Positions 33,620 through 45,017 of a stretch of 64,000 nucleotides of DNA are shown here, piece after piece. A program made the position numbers and the translations under genes. A model generated the notes under the pieces. The model did no database searches, was not told where the DNA came from, and saw only the letters and a program-made list of their open reading frames with translations. The DNA is taken from NCBI GenBank assembly GCA_000004985.1, contig GG738884.1. One strand, written 5' to 3'. The DNA is from Naegleria gruberi (lineage: Eukaryota). Position 1 is the stretch's first letter. Every line of letters starts with the position of its first letter.

Positions 33620-35687
33620 TTAATCAAATAATCCAGAACTTCCTATCAAAGCTGGGGTTGAAGGAGAAAGTGGTTCCTCTACAACTGTACTGTCCATAGT
33701 TTTCTTTTCCTTTTCATATTCTGATTGAGAAATAATGACTCTAACAAGTTCAACATAACCATCTCCATTATTAGAATCAGGAGTACCTTCTTGTTTAACT
33801 CCTTCATTGTAAGAATAAGCTGCATGAGTAACATAGTGAACTCCATAGTTATTTTGAGGTGTACATTCACCACCACCAAAACCACCTCCTCCACCACCTT
33901 AATTGTCCAATAACACAAATAAAAATTGAAAATAATTGTTAAACTATAAAATTGAAAATGATGCTTACCTTCATACAAGCTACCACCTCCACCACCAAAA
34001 CCACCATTAGCTCCACAAGCATTACTGAAAGTTCCACCTTCACCACCATTCTTGAAACTCTTTCCACCAACACATTGATCGCCAGCACCTCCATCAATAA
34101 ACAAACCACCACCGCCACCGCCTCTGTCACCTTTAGCTGCCTTTTGACTTCTTGCTTCGGCTGGTCCTTTCGTATACACTTGTCCTCCCTTAATTAATGT
34201 TAATTTAAAAAACTCATTCCAAAATCATCATCTACTTACTGGTGATTGAACAGTCCAACTATACCAGTTGGCACCGTTACCTCCACCTCCAATAATAAGA
34301 GGCTTCATAGTATCACTATCAACAACAAAAGTACCACCACCACCTAATTGACCAACTTTTAACAAATCAAAATTGAAAATAATACTTACCACCTCCAGCG
34401 CCACATGAACTACCATTTGTACAGTCGCCACCAACTTGACCTACAAGAATGCTCAATTCTCTGCCTCTCTTCAAGTGAAAGACACCACTGACAATAGCTC
34501 CATATCCTTCTCTGAAAGTTGTAGTATATGTATTTTTACCACCTCTTGCACCAGCTGCAGTAATTTTGTAAAATCCAGTTGCTGGAACAACCCATTTTTG
34601 AATACCATTCTCCAATTTAACCTTATTCTTTAAGAATTTACAACTATCATATTGTGAGCCAATAACTGTTGGTCCGTTTTTGCCTGTAGCACCCAAGTTT
34701 GTAAACTTGATTGACATTCCTTTTGGAAGAAAGTCATATAATACACAATCTCTTTCACGAAAATTCTTATCTTCCTTATTCTCAATCATTGCAGGATTCA
34801 AATTGAATCTCATGGCTTCATAAAGCTTTGGGAAAATGACATCTCTCTTGGAAACCAAAAGTGGATGGGAATCAACTGTCGCCAAGACCTCTCCTTCAAC
34901 AATTGGGAATCTGATTTCACCCAAGAAATAGTCCAAATATTGCAATCTATTTTCCTTATCGTGCTCAATCCATCTCATCAAGGACTTGAATAAATTTCCT
35001 TCACTGCAAATGAGTTCCTTTCCAGCAAGCATGATCTTCAAGTCTTCAATTGGTAATTTAACAAAATGTTGACTTTCACAAACAGTATCAAAATCAGCAG
35101 AAATCTTAGTAAGAAGAGTCTTCTTTAAAGAGTTGATTTCTTTAAATTCTTCTAGGTATTGTGAGCAATTTTCCAAAAGAAGGAATGAAGAATCAGCATC
35201 AACAGCAGCATTTCTCATAATTTCAAGAGTCATCTCCTCAATTTCTTGCATTCCATAGGTATGAGCAAAAGTATACAAATCAATAAATTTATCCATTGTA
35301 TAATCTTTTGTGCAACCAAAATACACAACCTTTAAGAAAATTTCCAATCCAAGATCAGTCACCTGTGGCAACACAAGCTCCTTGCCAATCTCGAATTCTG
35401 GAACAAAAAGAAGTTCCTTGAGTTTTGTACTCCATTTTCCTACCTATGAACCATCATGATGTTCGGATCACACAATTAATATTACAATAACATACCAATG
35501 CTCTAAGAGCAGGAAATCTCTTTCCATTCTTACTGATCAATACGCAATCAGAAGCCTCTTCATCCAAATACAAGGATGAAATCATCGACAAGGTTTTTTC
35601 TGTACATTCAATGTAGGCCTCCTCGTCAATGGCTGTCTTTTGCACAGCACCACCACCACTAGAAGAAGAGCTAGATAATGACAACAT
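33620..35687 (-). CDS. BTB/POZ-BACK protein fused to a glycine-rich (ALK/LTK GlyR-like, Pfam Gly_rich-like) C-terminal region; five exons, 619 aa
   Basis: Exons on the minus strand are 35687..35496, 35443..34390, 34355..34240, 34188..33969 and 33897..33620. The introns are 35495..35444 (52 nt, GTATGT...TTCATAG), 34389..34356 (34 nt, GTAAGT...TTAAAAG), 34239..34189 (51 nt, GTAAGT...ATTAAG) and 33968..33898 (71 nt, GTAAGC...AATTAAG). The exon lengths sum to 1860 nt, which is 620 codons. The BTB domain is DCVLISKNGKRFPALRAL|VGKWSTKLKELLFVPEF...LEIFLKVVYFG. The BACK domain is LFKSLMRWIEHDKENRLQYLDYFLGEIRFP. Poly-Gly blocks are ACGANGGFGGGGG and GGGGGFGGGECT. Confidence 0.65.
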
Positions 35688-35964
35688 TTTTTCTGATCCG
35701 CGCGAAAATTAGTAGAACAGATAGAGTTGTTTTTTTTGATTAAAATTTTTAAAAATAATTTGTGATGATCAAGTTCATCTATGCATACTGGAAAGATAAA
35801 AACTTTTACAAAATTCAATATTGAAAGGAACTTGATGAGAGATTTTATTTAAAGGTCTTCAACGTTTGTTGATGAGAACAAACAGCAAATTCCTTTTCGT
35901 AATGAACTTTGTAAGTTAAAGAGAACTTGAGAGAAAATACAAATAATTTTCATTCATAAAAAAA

Positions 35965-36531
35965 ATGGGAAATAGTCAACTAAGAGAACCAAAAAGAACC
36001 GCTCACACTATTGTTGAAGAAGATTTACAAGTGGTATTGAAAGAACAGAATATTATTGAACCACATAACTATTCGAATCAAAACTATTATGACAGTGATT
36101 CAGAAGAATCAAGTTTGTCAACCTGTGGTTCCAACTATGAATATGTTGATCTTTCAGAATTTTGGAATCTTCCTACTGAAATTCAACTTTACACAATGAC
36201 ATTTCTTCCATTGAACAATTTTTCTCGAATTATTCGGGTGTCCAAATCACTTTCCAAAAACTTATTGGAATACAATGAATTATTTACCATATACTATTTG
36301 AATGATTTCAGACCAAGAGCGATTCAAGAAAGAAAATCCTGGGTTTCTTATAGCTGGCGAGATGATCCCCCAGAAAATGACTCTGCTCTCTTTCACCTTC
36401 CTCAATCAATTGATTCTTCTCAGTATTTTCAATCTTTAGGATTTTATGGAACTTTGAAAATTATTGTGGTTGAACATGTTAATGAGAGGAAAAGGAGACG
36501 AAAGCGGGCTAACATGCCACAACCAATGTAA
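35965..36531 (+). CDS. F-box-like protein (188 aa) with an N-terminal MGxxxS myristoylation-like motif
   Basis: ATG at 35965 (MGNSQL...). WNLPTEIQLYTMTFLPLNNFSRIIRVSKSLSK fits the F-box consensus. The C-terminus is basic (KRRRKR). Confidence 0.45.
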   Translation: MGNSQLREPKRTAHTIVEEDLQVVLKEQNIIEPHNYSNQNYYDSDSEESSLSTCGSNYEYVDLSEFWNLPTEIQLYTMTFLPLNNFSRIIRVSKSLSKNLLEYNELFTIYYLNDFRPRAIQERKSWVSYSWRDDPPENDSALFHLPQSIDSSQYFQSLGFYGTLKIIVVEHVNERKRRRKRANMPQPM

Positions 36532-36626
36532 CTCAGTTTCAAATAATATACAAATTCATAAATGGATTATCTTGAACAGCTTACACATACGCCATTGACT
36601 TGTCTATTAGAAAACAAAGAATTCTT

Positions 36627-37890
36627 TCATGATATTGAGAAGAGTTGGTTTCTAAAATGATCCGCATTGAGAAAGAAGGACAATGTGTTGGAAAAATCAG
36701 AGAATGTACAATGATTATTCAAAGTTTCAAGTAAACAAGTTGGTGTTGGTCTTTTGTTCGATTTTTGAATTAACATTTGAGGAAGAATTTCATGCAAGAG
36801 ACAACTTTTCATTTCCTTATCCACAGAGCTCATATTAGAATTAATAATTCCATCTTGTTGAGCTTGTTGCAAGTGTTGTTGCACTTGAGATGGATCTTCC
36901 AAGCCGTCAAGTCTCTTTTGATGTAAAAGTTCAAGAATGACCAATCCTAGAGAGTAAATATCAGATCTTGGAGAAATAATGAGGGAATTAATTCTTTCTT
37001 GTTGAAAGTGAAAGGCTGTCACTTCCTTCAATAGAAATGACAGGTGTTGCATAATTCAACTTTTGGAATGTGACTTGCTTAGATGAGGATGTTTTCAAAA
37101 TTTGGCTTCTAGTTGTCAATTTGAAAGTATGACTTCCAGCATTTATACTGTCATAGGTGATTGACAGTTTGCTTGAATTATTGTTTGGAAGTGTCATCAT
37201 GTTGGAAGATACAATTTCCCATTTATAGGAAATTTGTTTTCCATCTGTGGAATAACTTTCACTTGCATCCAATAGAATATTTTCACAACTTGAATATGGA
37301 GGTCTATATCCTCTAGAAAATCTTTCACATCTCAATTTACCATTGTTGCAATCGAAGTATTTTCCACGTTTCAGTTTGAATGACTTTGACAGTTCATAAT
37401 CTATAAGAAACCAATGTCCATCATATAGGACAATATTATCTGGTTTGATATCATTGTGTGTAATATTTCCTCTTTCCAATAATACAAGTGTGCCAAGTAA
37501 ATCTTTCACAAATTGAAAAATGTCAACTTGGTCAACTTGCCCATTTCTTAACATTGTTCCCAAACATGTTCCTTTCAGTGTGAAGCAATAATCTGGATTA
37601 TCACTAGGTAAATATAAACTCAAAATTGATTTTACTCCTTCATGTTGCTTCACTCTTTTGACAATACAGTCCACATTATTAATTTTGCATGATAGAAGAG
37701 ATTTACCTCTCGATTCATAAAACACGTTGTAATCCATTACTTTGTATGTGATATTGTAAATATTTGCAACAGTAGGAAAGTTGCGAATTGTTACTTCTTG
37801 CAGTTTCTTCTTGTTTATGTTTCCCAACATTCGATCTTCATTGCACTCAACCATGTCCAACTCCAGCACTGAATCCAAAGATCGTTTCAT
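36627..37890 (-). CDS. protein kinase (possibly atypical); at least two exons with the junction unresolved
   Basis: ORF 36988..37890 has ATG at 37890, a VAIK-like CIVKRVK, HEGVKSIL, the catalytic loop GNITHNDIKPDNIVL and an unusual LIDYELS in place of DFG. ORF 36627..37052 in another frame carries subdomain IX SDIYSLGLVILELL. A frame-compatible but weak-signal splice is a donor GTCACA at about 37096 joined to an acceptor at about 37026. Confidence 0.55.
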
Positions 37891-38014
37891 TGTTTTTTTT
37901 ATTGCTGAGAATCCTATGGATTTCCTTCGTTTGAATGAAACTGTAAGATAAAAGAGCTATTGCTCTGTACAATGTGATGAACTATTTTTCACAAATATTA
38001 GTGAATTTAATATT

Positions 38015-38430
38015 TTACATGGTCAAACATTTATGTTCTCGAATATTTGTTGTTGTGGAGTTTAAATATTTTACATCTTTTTGAATAATTTCTTTAAATA
38101 GTAATTTTAAATCAGTTTGGTTTTCATGATAATATTCAATTAAATTAATATTAATTTCATTTTTAAATTTTTCAACCATTTCCTCCAAATTATTATTATT
38201 AATTAAATCAATCTTATTTAATGTAAATACAATTGGAATGTCATTTGATTCTTTAATATTTAATATTTGTTCGATCATAAATTTTAAACTGTTAATCGAC
38301 TTGAAATCAAATACATCACAAACAAGTATAAAACATTTACTGGATCGAATACATTGATCTATTTATATTAGATATATAATAATAAAATATATTGACTTAC
38401 ATCTCAATGCTGAATATTCCTCTGCCCCAT
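38015..38430 (-). CDS. Ras-superfamily small GTPase with multiple exons; its C-terminus ends in the CAAX box CLTM
   Basis: The 3' exon is 38358..38015. The acceptor AG is at 38360-38359 and the preceding intron is 38400..38359 with a GTAAGT donor. The exon carries FILVCDVFDFKSINS...IPIVFTLNKIDL (NKxD G4 motif) and ends ...EHKCLTM. The upstream exon 38430..38401 gives DGAEEYSALR, which is G3-like (DTAGQEEYSAMR in Ras) but lacks the Gln. Further upstream a GKT P-loop-like codon string (YKLGKTSIVFQF) occurs at about 38570. The 5' exon structure is not resolved and an in-frame TAA lies just upstream of the G3 exon. Confidence 0.5.
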
Positions 38431-38795
38431 CTATTTTCAATATTTAATATATTTCTATTCTAAATGTATTTTCATCAACTAGTATATATTTCGCATAATC
38501 ATCTACACATGATAGATCATAGCATAACATATTTCTAAAATTGAAACACAATTGATGTTTTACCTAATTTGTAATTTAATAATTTAAATTTGGTACAACA
38601 TTTATTGGCAATCATCTTGTTGTTATTCCCCTTGCGCATTTTTTTGTGGTTTCGTTTCAAAGTTTAAGTTTAATAACCATGCCACATTCTTTTCAAAAAA
38701 TCACTATTACTCAATTATTTAAAGGAAATGAAACATTTGATAATTCTAAAGAACAATGCGTTTTTGAAGTTTAAGTTAATCAAAAGTAAAAAAAA

Positions 38796-39853
38796 ATGGA
38801 CGTAATTGGTCAGGACTGTATGTTGGAAATTGCTGGATTTCTATGCACTTCCGATGCTTTACACCTTTTACAAATTAATTCTGTATGGTATGTAATATTA
38901 CATATGTTTAAAATTATATTAATATTTAAAGGCATGAATTGGTAAAATCAGATTTATTTTGGAAGATTATTTATCATCAAATGATGACTAAAAGATTACA
39001 AAGTGAGACAAGAAAGAATTGTAAGATAAGACTTGAACAATTGATTCAAAAACATATCGGAAAGAGTAAGAATATGTATAAGAGACCATGTGTCAAGGAC
39101 GGAGAATTAGTATTCTTGAAAATTCTCAAAAAGGAGATTGACAGTAAAAGGTTTAGAAATCGTGCTGAAACCCTTAACAAGCTGTTAGTTACAAATGTTA
39201 ACTATTATACTGATGATAAAATAGCGATTGGTTGCCTCAAGAATATTTGGAACGGAATTCAGAATGGAATAAGACCTATGATAGCTGCTTACAATCTCTT
39301 GGGAAAAAAACACCCAATCTCTGTAAGATTATCTGAAAAAATTAGATACCGTTTCCAAAGTGATATACACTATTCACAGATACAAATTAATTACTATCAC
39401 AATCCAAAAAAACTTGTAGACGCCATTTATGAGCTACTTAATACTGTTGGAGCAGACCTGATTGAAATTGATGATATGATTGCCTTGTCAATTTTAGAGC
39501 TTGCTCACCAATTTAAACAAACAGATTTATTCAAAAAGGCATTGAGCAAAATTGTAGAATTTGGATTAAGCTCTTATGGTATTGCACATCTTGAATCAAC
39601 AGATAAGAGCAAAATCTTTTTAACTTTAGTGACAGATAAGCCATTTGAGTGTTTACATCTCGATCAGTTTTTAAAGTTGATAATCTCATGTTTTGAGAGC
39701 AAGGCTAAAGCCATTGAACATCTTTCTAGTGAATTAGGTACATGCAATTGGAGCACAATTACTGCTGAAAAGTTGCATTTTTTGTTGGAGAATGGTTTCT
39801 CAATAATACCACCTATTAACCATCAGCAACAACAACATGGTGAATCTAAATAG
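38796..39853 (+). CDS. F-box-like protein with two exons
   Basis: Exons 38796..38887 and 38932..39853. The intron 38888..38931 (44 nt) runs GTATGT...TTTAAAG (phase 2). The spliced N-terminus is MDVIGQDCMLEIAGFLCTSDALHLLQINSVW|HELVKSDLFWKII, which is F-box-like. Confidence 0.5.
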
Positions 39854-40346
39854 GCATTTTCGAATTAAATAATAAAACGTAACGCTTTTTCTCAAAATCT
39901 TAACGTTACACAAACTGGCGCCAAAAATTTGAAAAGAATCAAAAAAAAAGTGAGAACAACAACAGCTGGAAGAGGCTAAACCACATTTTGTTGCACTTTA
40001 CTCTCGAGAGAACAATTACCAACAACAATCACAACAAGACAATATATGAACCATCAATTTTCTCATCCTTCCTCCCTGAAGAATACAAATAATAATAACC
40101 TGATACGAGCACCCTTCCTTTCACCTCCATCCAAAATAACACAACCAAAAACACATATTGATACTCCCGTGGTCACCCAGAGAACAATGTTCAATAATAA
40201 TCATCAACAGCATCACTCCTCACTACCATCAGGAACACAGGATGATAGTGTATTAAATAACAGAGACCGTTTACGAAGACAACACCTGAATAGACATAAT
40301 ATGCCCTCCACACCAACACTTGGAAAATCCAATCACTTTCAAGAGA

Positions 40347-42164
40347 ATGCCAATCCAACAACAACAACCTGGACAACCTGGTACTTCATTCACAATAGAA
40401 TTATCTACAGCACCAAAGAAAGGTCCACCACAACACTTGTTAGAACGTTTAAGTAAAAAGACAAGTGTAGCAAAGAGTGTCAAGGATTCCGAAATGGGTG
40501 ATGGAAACAATACACAAATGCAACAACCAGCCACAACAACAGCAGCAACTACTACTGGTAGTGCTAATAACACTGCAATCACAGCCAATCAGAGAAGACA
40601 AACTATTTTGGAATTCCAAAAGAGAAAGAGTACAACAGCAACAACTCTTAAAAATTCCCTCAATAAGCCAACACAAACTAATCCTCCTAATTTAACATAC
40701 ACTACCTTTGATACAAATGGTCTGACATTGGACGATGATTTGGAAATTGGATTTGAGAAATCTGGGTCTCCTATTGTTTCATTGAATGGATTGAATAGAG
40801 CCAGTCAGCCTTCTCCAAATAATTTTGCTTTTGGAGCTCAACAAAATGTAAATAGTCAACCAAACATTCCTGCTCAACAAGGTTTCCAACAACCACAACA
40901 ATTTGGTGGGTTCAATCAACAACAAGAGAATAATCAACCAAACCCTCAATGGCAAATTGAACAACAACAATTAGAACAACAGCAACGAGTGGCAGAACAA
41001 CAAAAGCTTGAACAGCAACAATTGGAGCAACAGAGAATGACAGAACAGCAAAGAGTTGCTGCTGAGCAACTCCTTCAACAACAACAATTGGAACAACAGA
41101 GAATGGCTGAGCAACAACGTTTAAGGGATCAGCAACAACAGCAACAATTGGATCAACTCAATGAGCAACAACGTGCTGCAGCAGAGCAACAAATTCTTCA
41201 ACAAAAGCAAATGGAACAACAAAGAATGCTAGATCAGCAACGTATTGAACAAGAAAAGCTTCAACAACAATTTGCTGAGCAACAACGTAATGCAGAACAG
41301 CAAAGAATTGCTGCCGAGCAACAACATTTGCTTCAACAACAACAAATGTGGCAAGCTCAACAAGTTTCCCATCAACCTCAACCTCAATCTCAAATGCAAT
41401 ATATTCCAGTTTACCAAACTGTTCCATCTGAAGAAGTTCAAAGAATGATTCATGAAGTGCAACGTCAACAGGCTGAATTCGAAAGACAAAGACAAGCCCA
41501 GATGGAAATAATTCAAAGAGAAAGAGCTGAACTTGAACTGGGAAGGGAATTGTTGAGGAGACAACAACTTGAACTCCAAGCCAAATTGAATGAAGTTGAT
41601 CAAATCAAGATGGGATTACCTCCATCAACTGAAAGAAGAAACTCGATCGATGCTCGTAGAAATGAAGTAGAAGCCAACAGAAATATCAAAAGAACAGCTC
41701 AAAGACAAGAGATTATTAAATCAAAGAGAGAACTTAACTTGCTTAATGTTGACAAATTGTCGAGAACCTCAAGAGAAATCAAGAGAGAAGAAAGAGAAGA
41801 AGAAAAGAAGAGAACTAGATCCATGTTACCAGAAGGCATTTTCTCACCACCAAGAGCCAAACCAACACTCTCAAGGCCATCCATGTATGGTTCAAGAACC
41901 ACTCCATCCTCCGTTACTAAATCAGATATCAGCACTGGTAGAAAAACAATTGAGACACCAACTTCTCTATACAGCCCTGCATCCTCAATGAGGGGAAGTA
42001 TTAGATCGAGTGTTTCGACATCTAAGTCCAACTCTAGGGAAATGGCTTCTCCATCAAACCAATTGAGTAAGAGAAAGCAAATGGTTTTGGAAAAGACAAG
42101 AAGAAAAGCAGAAGAATTTTCTCGTAAATCAACATCCAATAATAATACTCCATGTCAACATTAA
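40347..42164 (+). CDS. Q-rich coiled-coil protein with a periodic (L)EQQ(R) repeat and a basic, S/T-rich C-terminus
   Basis: ORF 40320..42164; the first ATG is at 40347. Codons 40880-41360 form CAA/CAG-rich imperfect tandem repeats (QQLEQQRMTEQQRVAAEQLLQQ...). The overlapping upstream ORF 40046..40456 (ATG 40046) in another frame could be the true 5' end if there is a frameshift or an unseen intron. Confidence 0.5.
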   Translation: MPIQQQQPGQPGTSFTIELSTAPKKGPPQHLLERLSKKTSVAKSVKDSEMGDGNNTQMQQPATTTAATTTGSANNTAITANQRRQTILEFQKRKSTTATTLKNSLNKPTQTNPPNLTYTTFDTNGLTLDDDLEIGFEKSGSPIVSLNGLNRASQPSPNNFAFGAQQNVNSQPNIPAQQGFQQPQQFGGFNQQQENNQPNPQWQIEQQQLEQQQRVAEQQKLEQQQLEQQRMTEQQRVAAEQLLQQQQLEQQRMAEQQRLRDQQQQQQLDQLNEQQRAAAEQQILQQKQMEQQRMLDQQRIEQEKLQQQFAEQQRNAEQQRIAAEQQHLLQQQQMWQAQQVSHQPQPQSQMQYIPVYQTVPSEEVQRMIHEVQRQQAEFERQRQAQMEIIQRERAELELGRELLRRQQLELQAKLNEVDQIKMGLPPSTERRNSIDARRNEVEANRNIKRTAQRQEIIKSKRELNLLNVDKLSRTSREIKREEREEEKKRTRSMLPEGIFSPPRAKPTLSRPSMYGSRTTPSSVTKSDISTGRKTIETPTSLYSPASSMRGSIRSSVSTSKSNSREMASPSNQLSKRKQMVLEKTRRKAEEFSRKSTSNNNTPCQH

Positions 42165-42213
42165 TTTATTGACATATGATAAAATTATTTGTACTATTTC
42201 AAATTTCAAATTT

Positions 42214-43077
42214 TTAATTCTTGTATGGATTGAAACCTTTGCCTGCTCTAGGTATTGAGCTAGCAACTATTCTAGGATTATGTTCCAAGAAGCGCATGAA
42301 ATTATGTTTATCCACATAAGCAGCTTCTGCTGTAATATCCATCAAGTGATTCCATTTCTTTCCTTTGATTCCAACAAAGATATAGTCACCCTTTCTCTTC
42401 AAATGTTTCATTGAGTTTTCTGATACTTTGCTAGCAACATCCTCAGTCAAAAAGAGATTATATTTCAAATTTTCCATGGAGTTTTGTGGAATATTAATGT
42501 GATCTACTGGGACTATAGTATCCTTATAATTTCCCCATCCAAATTTAGCTGTAACAATTCTGAGAGTTTTCTCATCAATAAGTCCAAATTCCAAAATATT
42601 ATGTCTTGCATAATAAGCAATACCAGCAATAACACCAACAGCTGCCAATCCATATCCAAGTCCAATCAATATTTTAGTTGTCAATGATGCTTCCTCTTTG
42701 TTGCCATGTTCATCAAGTTTTACCATAGTCATTGTAAAATAGGCCAATAATGAAAGCGTTACAGCATTAATCATTGAAGCAATAAAGGCAAACTTGAAAA
42801 ACCTAGCCTTTGGATTACGATAAAGAAGAATATAATTATTAGGCACTGGCTCTTGATTTTTAGGAGGTGTTATAAGTGATTTTACATCTACAGTACTATC
42901 ATCAGCTTTGGTTTGTTGTTGATGTTGAATAATTGGCACTTTGCTATTTAATTGAGTACTAATATGAAAACTTCTAGTAACACCATTCCGAGCAAGAATT
43001 AATAATGTTGATGATGGCGATGATGAAATTGTATGTGTCTTTCTCAAAGAAGAACCCGATGAAAGCAATCTTTGCAT
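42214..43077 (-). CDS. mitochondrial-presequence protein with a two-helix transmembrane hairpin (possibly TMEM70/TMEM186/TMEM223-like)
   Basis: ATG at 43077. The N-terminus MQRLLSSGSSLRKTHTISSSP...RSFHIS looks like a presequence. The hydrophobic hairpin is FKFAFIASMINAVTLSLLAYFTM ... ILIGLGYGLAAVGVIAGIAYYA, followed by a soluble domain of about 150 aa. The family assignment is tentative. Confidence 0.4.
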   Translation of the reverse strand: MQRLLSSGSSLRKTHTISSSPSSTLLILARNGVTRSFHISTQLNSKVPIIQHQQQTKADDSTVDVKSLITPPKNQEPVPNNYILLYRNPKARFFKFAFIASMINAVTLSLLAYFTMTMVKLDEHGNKEEASLTTKILIGLGYGLAAVGVIAGIAYYARHNILEFGLIDEKTLRIVTAKFGWGNYKDTIVPVDHINIPQNSMENLKYNLFLTEDVASKVSENSMKHLKRKGDYIFVGIKGKKWNHLMDITAEAAYVDKHNFMRFLEHNPRIVASSIPRAGKGFNPYKN

Positions 43078-43570
43078 TTTTTTCTAAAGGTGGCGCTAAT
43101 AACTAGAATTACTTTATTAGTTTTTCAATATTAAAAAAGTGCAGCGTACGGTCTGTCAGCTGACTCGATATAAAAACTCGATTTTGCCAACATGAACATT
43201 TAAAATTCATATTAAATTGATGCAAAATAATATTATGTTTTTTCCTAATTAAATTTGATATTATCAAAATTGATAAGTTAGTTGTTACTTTTTCAATTTT
43301 TGAGCCTCCGATTTAATTTCTTTTACACAAGCTGCTAGAGCTTCAGGGTTAATTCCCATCTCACATAGATTCATAATGATGGCTAAACTCTCCCGATCAA
43401 GTCCTGCTCCTAAAATATTACTCATTTCGTGAGCAACTATGAATTCATAGTGAACACTATACATTTCAATTATAAAACCTACTTTCCAAAGTTTCTTGTG
43501 TTTCCTTGATGAGATTTTCCGAAGATGATGAAGATCCTAGGGAGTTATTTGAAGACATTTTTTGTTGTAT

Positions 43571-45017
43571 TTATTGATTCTGGTTTTTTATTTTCTTTTG
43601 GAGGGAAGTTAGTTTTCTCCTCAACAGTAACACATCATTGTTGAAACCTTCAATATCAAGAGTTCTTCGTTTTGCCAACTCTTTGTATTTCTTGTGGAGT
43701 TTTTGCATTTTCATTTCCATCTTTTTAGTTTTGAGATTGTACTCCTCCTTTTTGGCAGCCAATTGATCTTGTAAATGCATGATATCATTCTCTTTCATGA
43801 TGGTTTGCTCTCTGAAATATTTGGCATATTCTTCAGTTTGTTCTCTCGCATTACTAATGAGAAGATGGGCTTCTTCTTGAGATCTCTCCTTCAGTTTGTC
43901 AATTTGTTTTCTAAGGAAAATATTCTCTTGTTTGAGTTTTTCAATATTTTCTCCTTGTTTTCTGATTTCAGTTTTGAGATTGTGGGTTGTGACGAAATAT
44001 TCTCTATTACTGATATTGAGTTTTTTGTGACAATCTTCATAATCTCTTTGTAATTTGAGAATTGTTGCTTTATCACGCTCTCTTCTCTTTTCTTCCTCTT
44101 CAATCATTATCATTCGTTCCTTCATAAGGGATTCTTCCTTTTCCCTTGAGAGTTTGAGATGTTCATCGAGTTTAGCTTGTAAAGATTCCACTTGTAGTAA
44201 TAATGTGTCTGTTTTTTCATTTGGAATAATAATTGTTCTCAAAATTCTTGAAGGTTGTTGCTGTTGAGCAAAGTTAGTATTTGTACAGACTTTAGGTTTA
44301 ACTTGTTGATATTTAGTATTGTTTGCGGCTCTGTTGTCGCTTGAGCTTTTAATGTATTCTTCTATACAGGTTTCCTTATTAGAATAATTTTGTATATTTT
44401 CTTTTTTCGATTCGTTATTATTGACCTTACTGGTCTTTGTATTGAGGACATATTTTGTTATTTGGTCTGGACGACAATCTTTAAAATAGGTCACTTCCTG
44501 CGTCACTGGTTGTGTGAGTGCAAGCAAGTCTCTTATTTTCTTTCTGTCCTCCATTTCTTGAACTGTTGAAAAGGTTGATGATTAATTTCATTCAGAATAC
44601 ACTTACTTTTGAGAGCATCATTTTGATGTTGCAAATGCATTGAATGTTCTCTTTCGTCGAAGATATGAAGTTGTGCACCGGAGAGAGCCCTCCTAAGAGC
44701 ATCAATTTCATCTTCTCTCCTTCTCAGTTCCCACTCTTGATCGTGAAACTTTTGATATTGTATTTGTATATCGTTCATCTTTCGACACATGTCCTCCCGT
44801 TCCTTCTCCATTTCAGCTGAATAACAAAGAATATATTAAGAATGTGTATTTGTGAATACGTACCCACTTTCTTTTTATAAAAATCCATCGTGTTATCAAT
44901 GGCAGGATCTACTGGTTGTGTTCCTAACATCATTAAGGTTGCTTGATTGTTCAAATTCATCACTTGAGAAGAGGAAATTCCCTGTGGTGATGATGAAGGC
45001 GGGTTTCCTTGACTCAT
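43571..45017 (-). CDS. coiled-coil protein (451 aa), three exons
   Basis: Exons 45017..44864, 44816..44607 and 44562..43571, totalling 1356 nt (452 codons). The introns are 44863..44817 (47 nt, GTACGT...TATTCAG) and 44606..44563 (44 nt, GTAAGT...TCAACAG). It is heptad-rich (LQAKLDEHLKLSREKEESLMKERMIMIEEEEKRRE...). No named family recognised. Confidence 0.65.

Noticed and set aside
33679-34434. Plus-strand ORFs 33725..33913 and 33952..34197 and minus ORF 33939..34130 overlapping the glycine-rich exons.
   Set aside because: GGT/GGA repeats read as ACC/TCC on the other strand and give open T/S-rich frames. The minus-strand exon chain, with consistent splice phases and a BTB-BACK upstream, explains the region.
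40191-41603. Antisense and alternate-frame ORFs in the Q-rich gene (40191..40376, 40271..40588, 40449..40676, 40779..40970, 41158..41427, 41229..41603, all minus; 40477..40695 and 41245..41448, plus).
   Set aside because: CAA/CAG repeats are open in several frames. Only the 40320..42164 frame gives a continuous coiled-coil protein with a sensible C-terminus.
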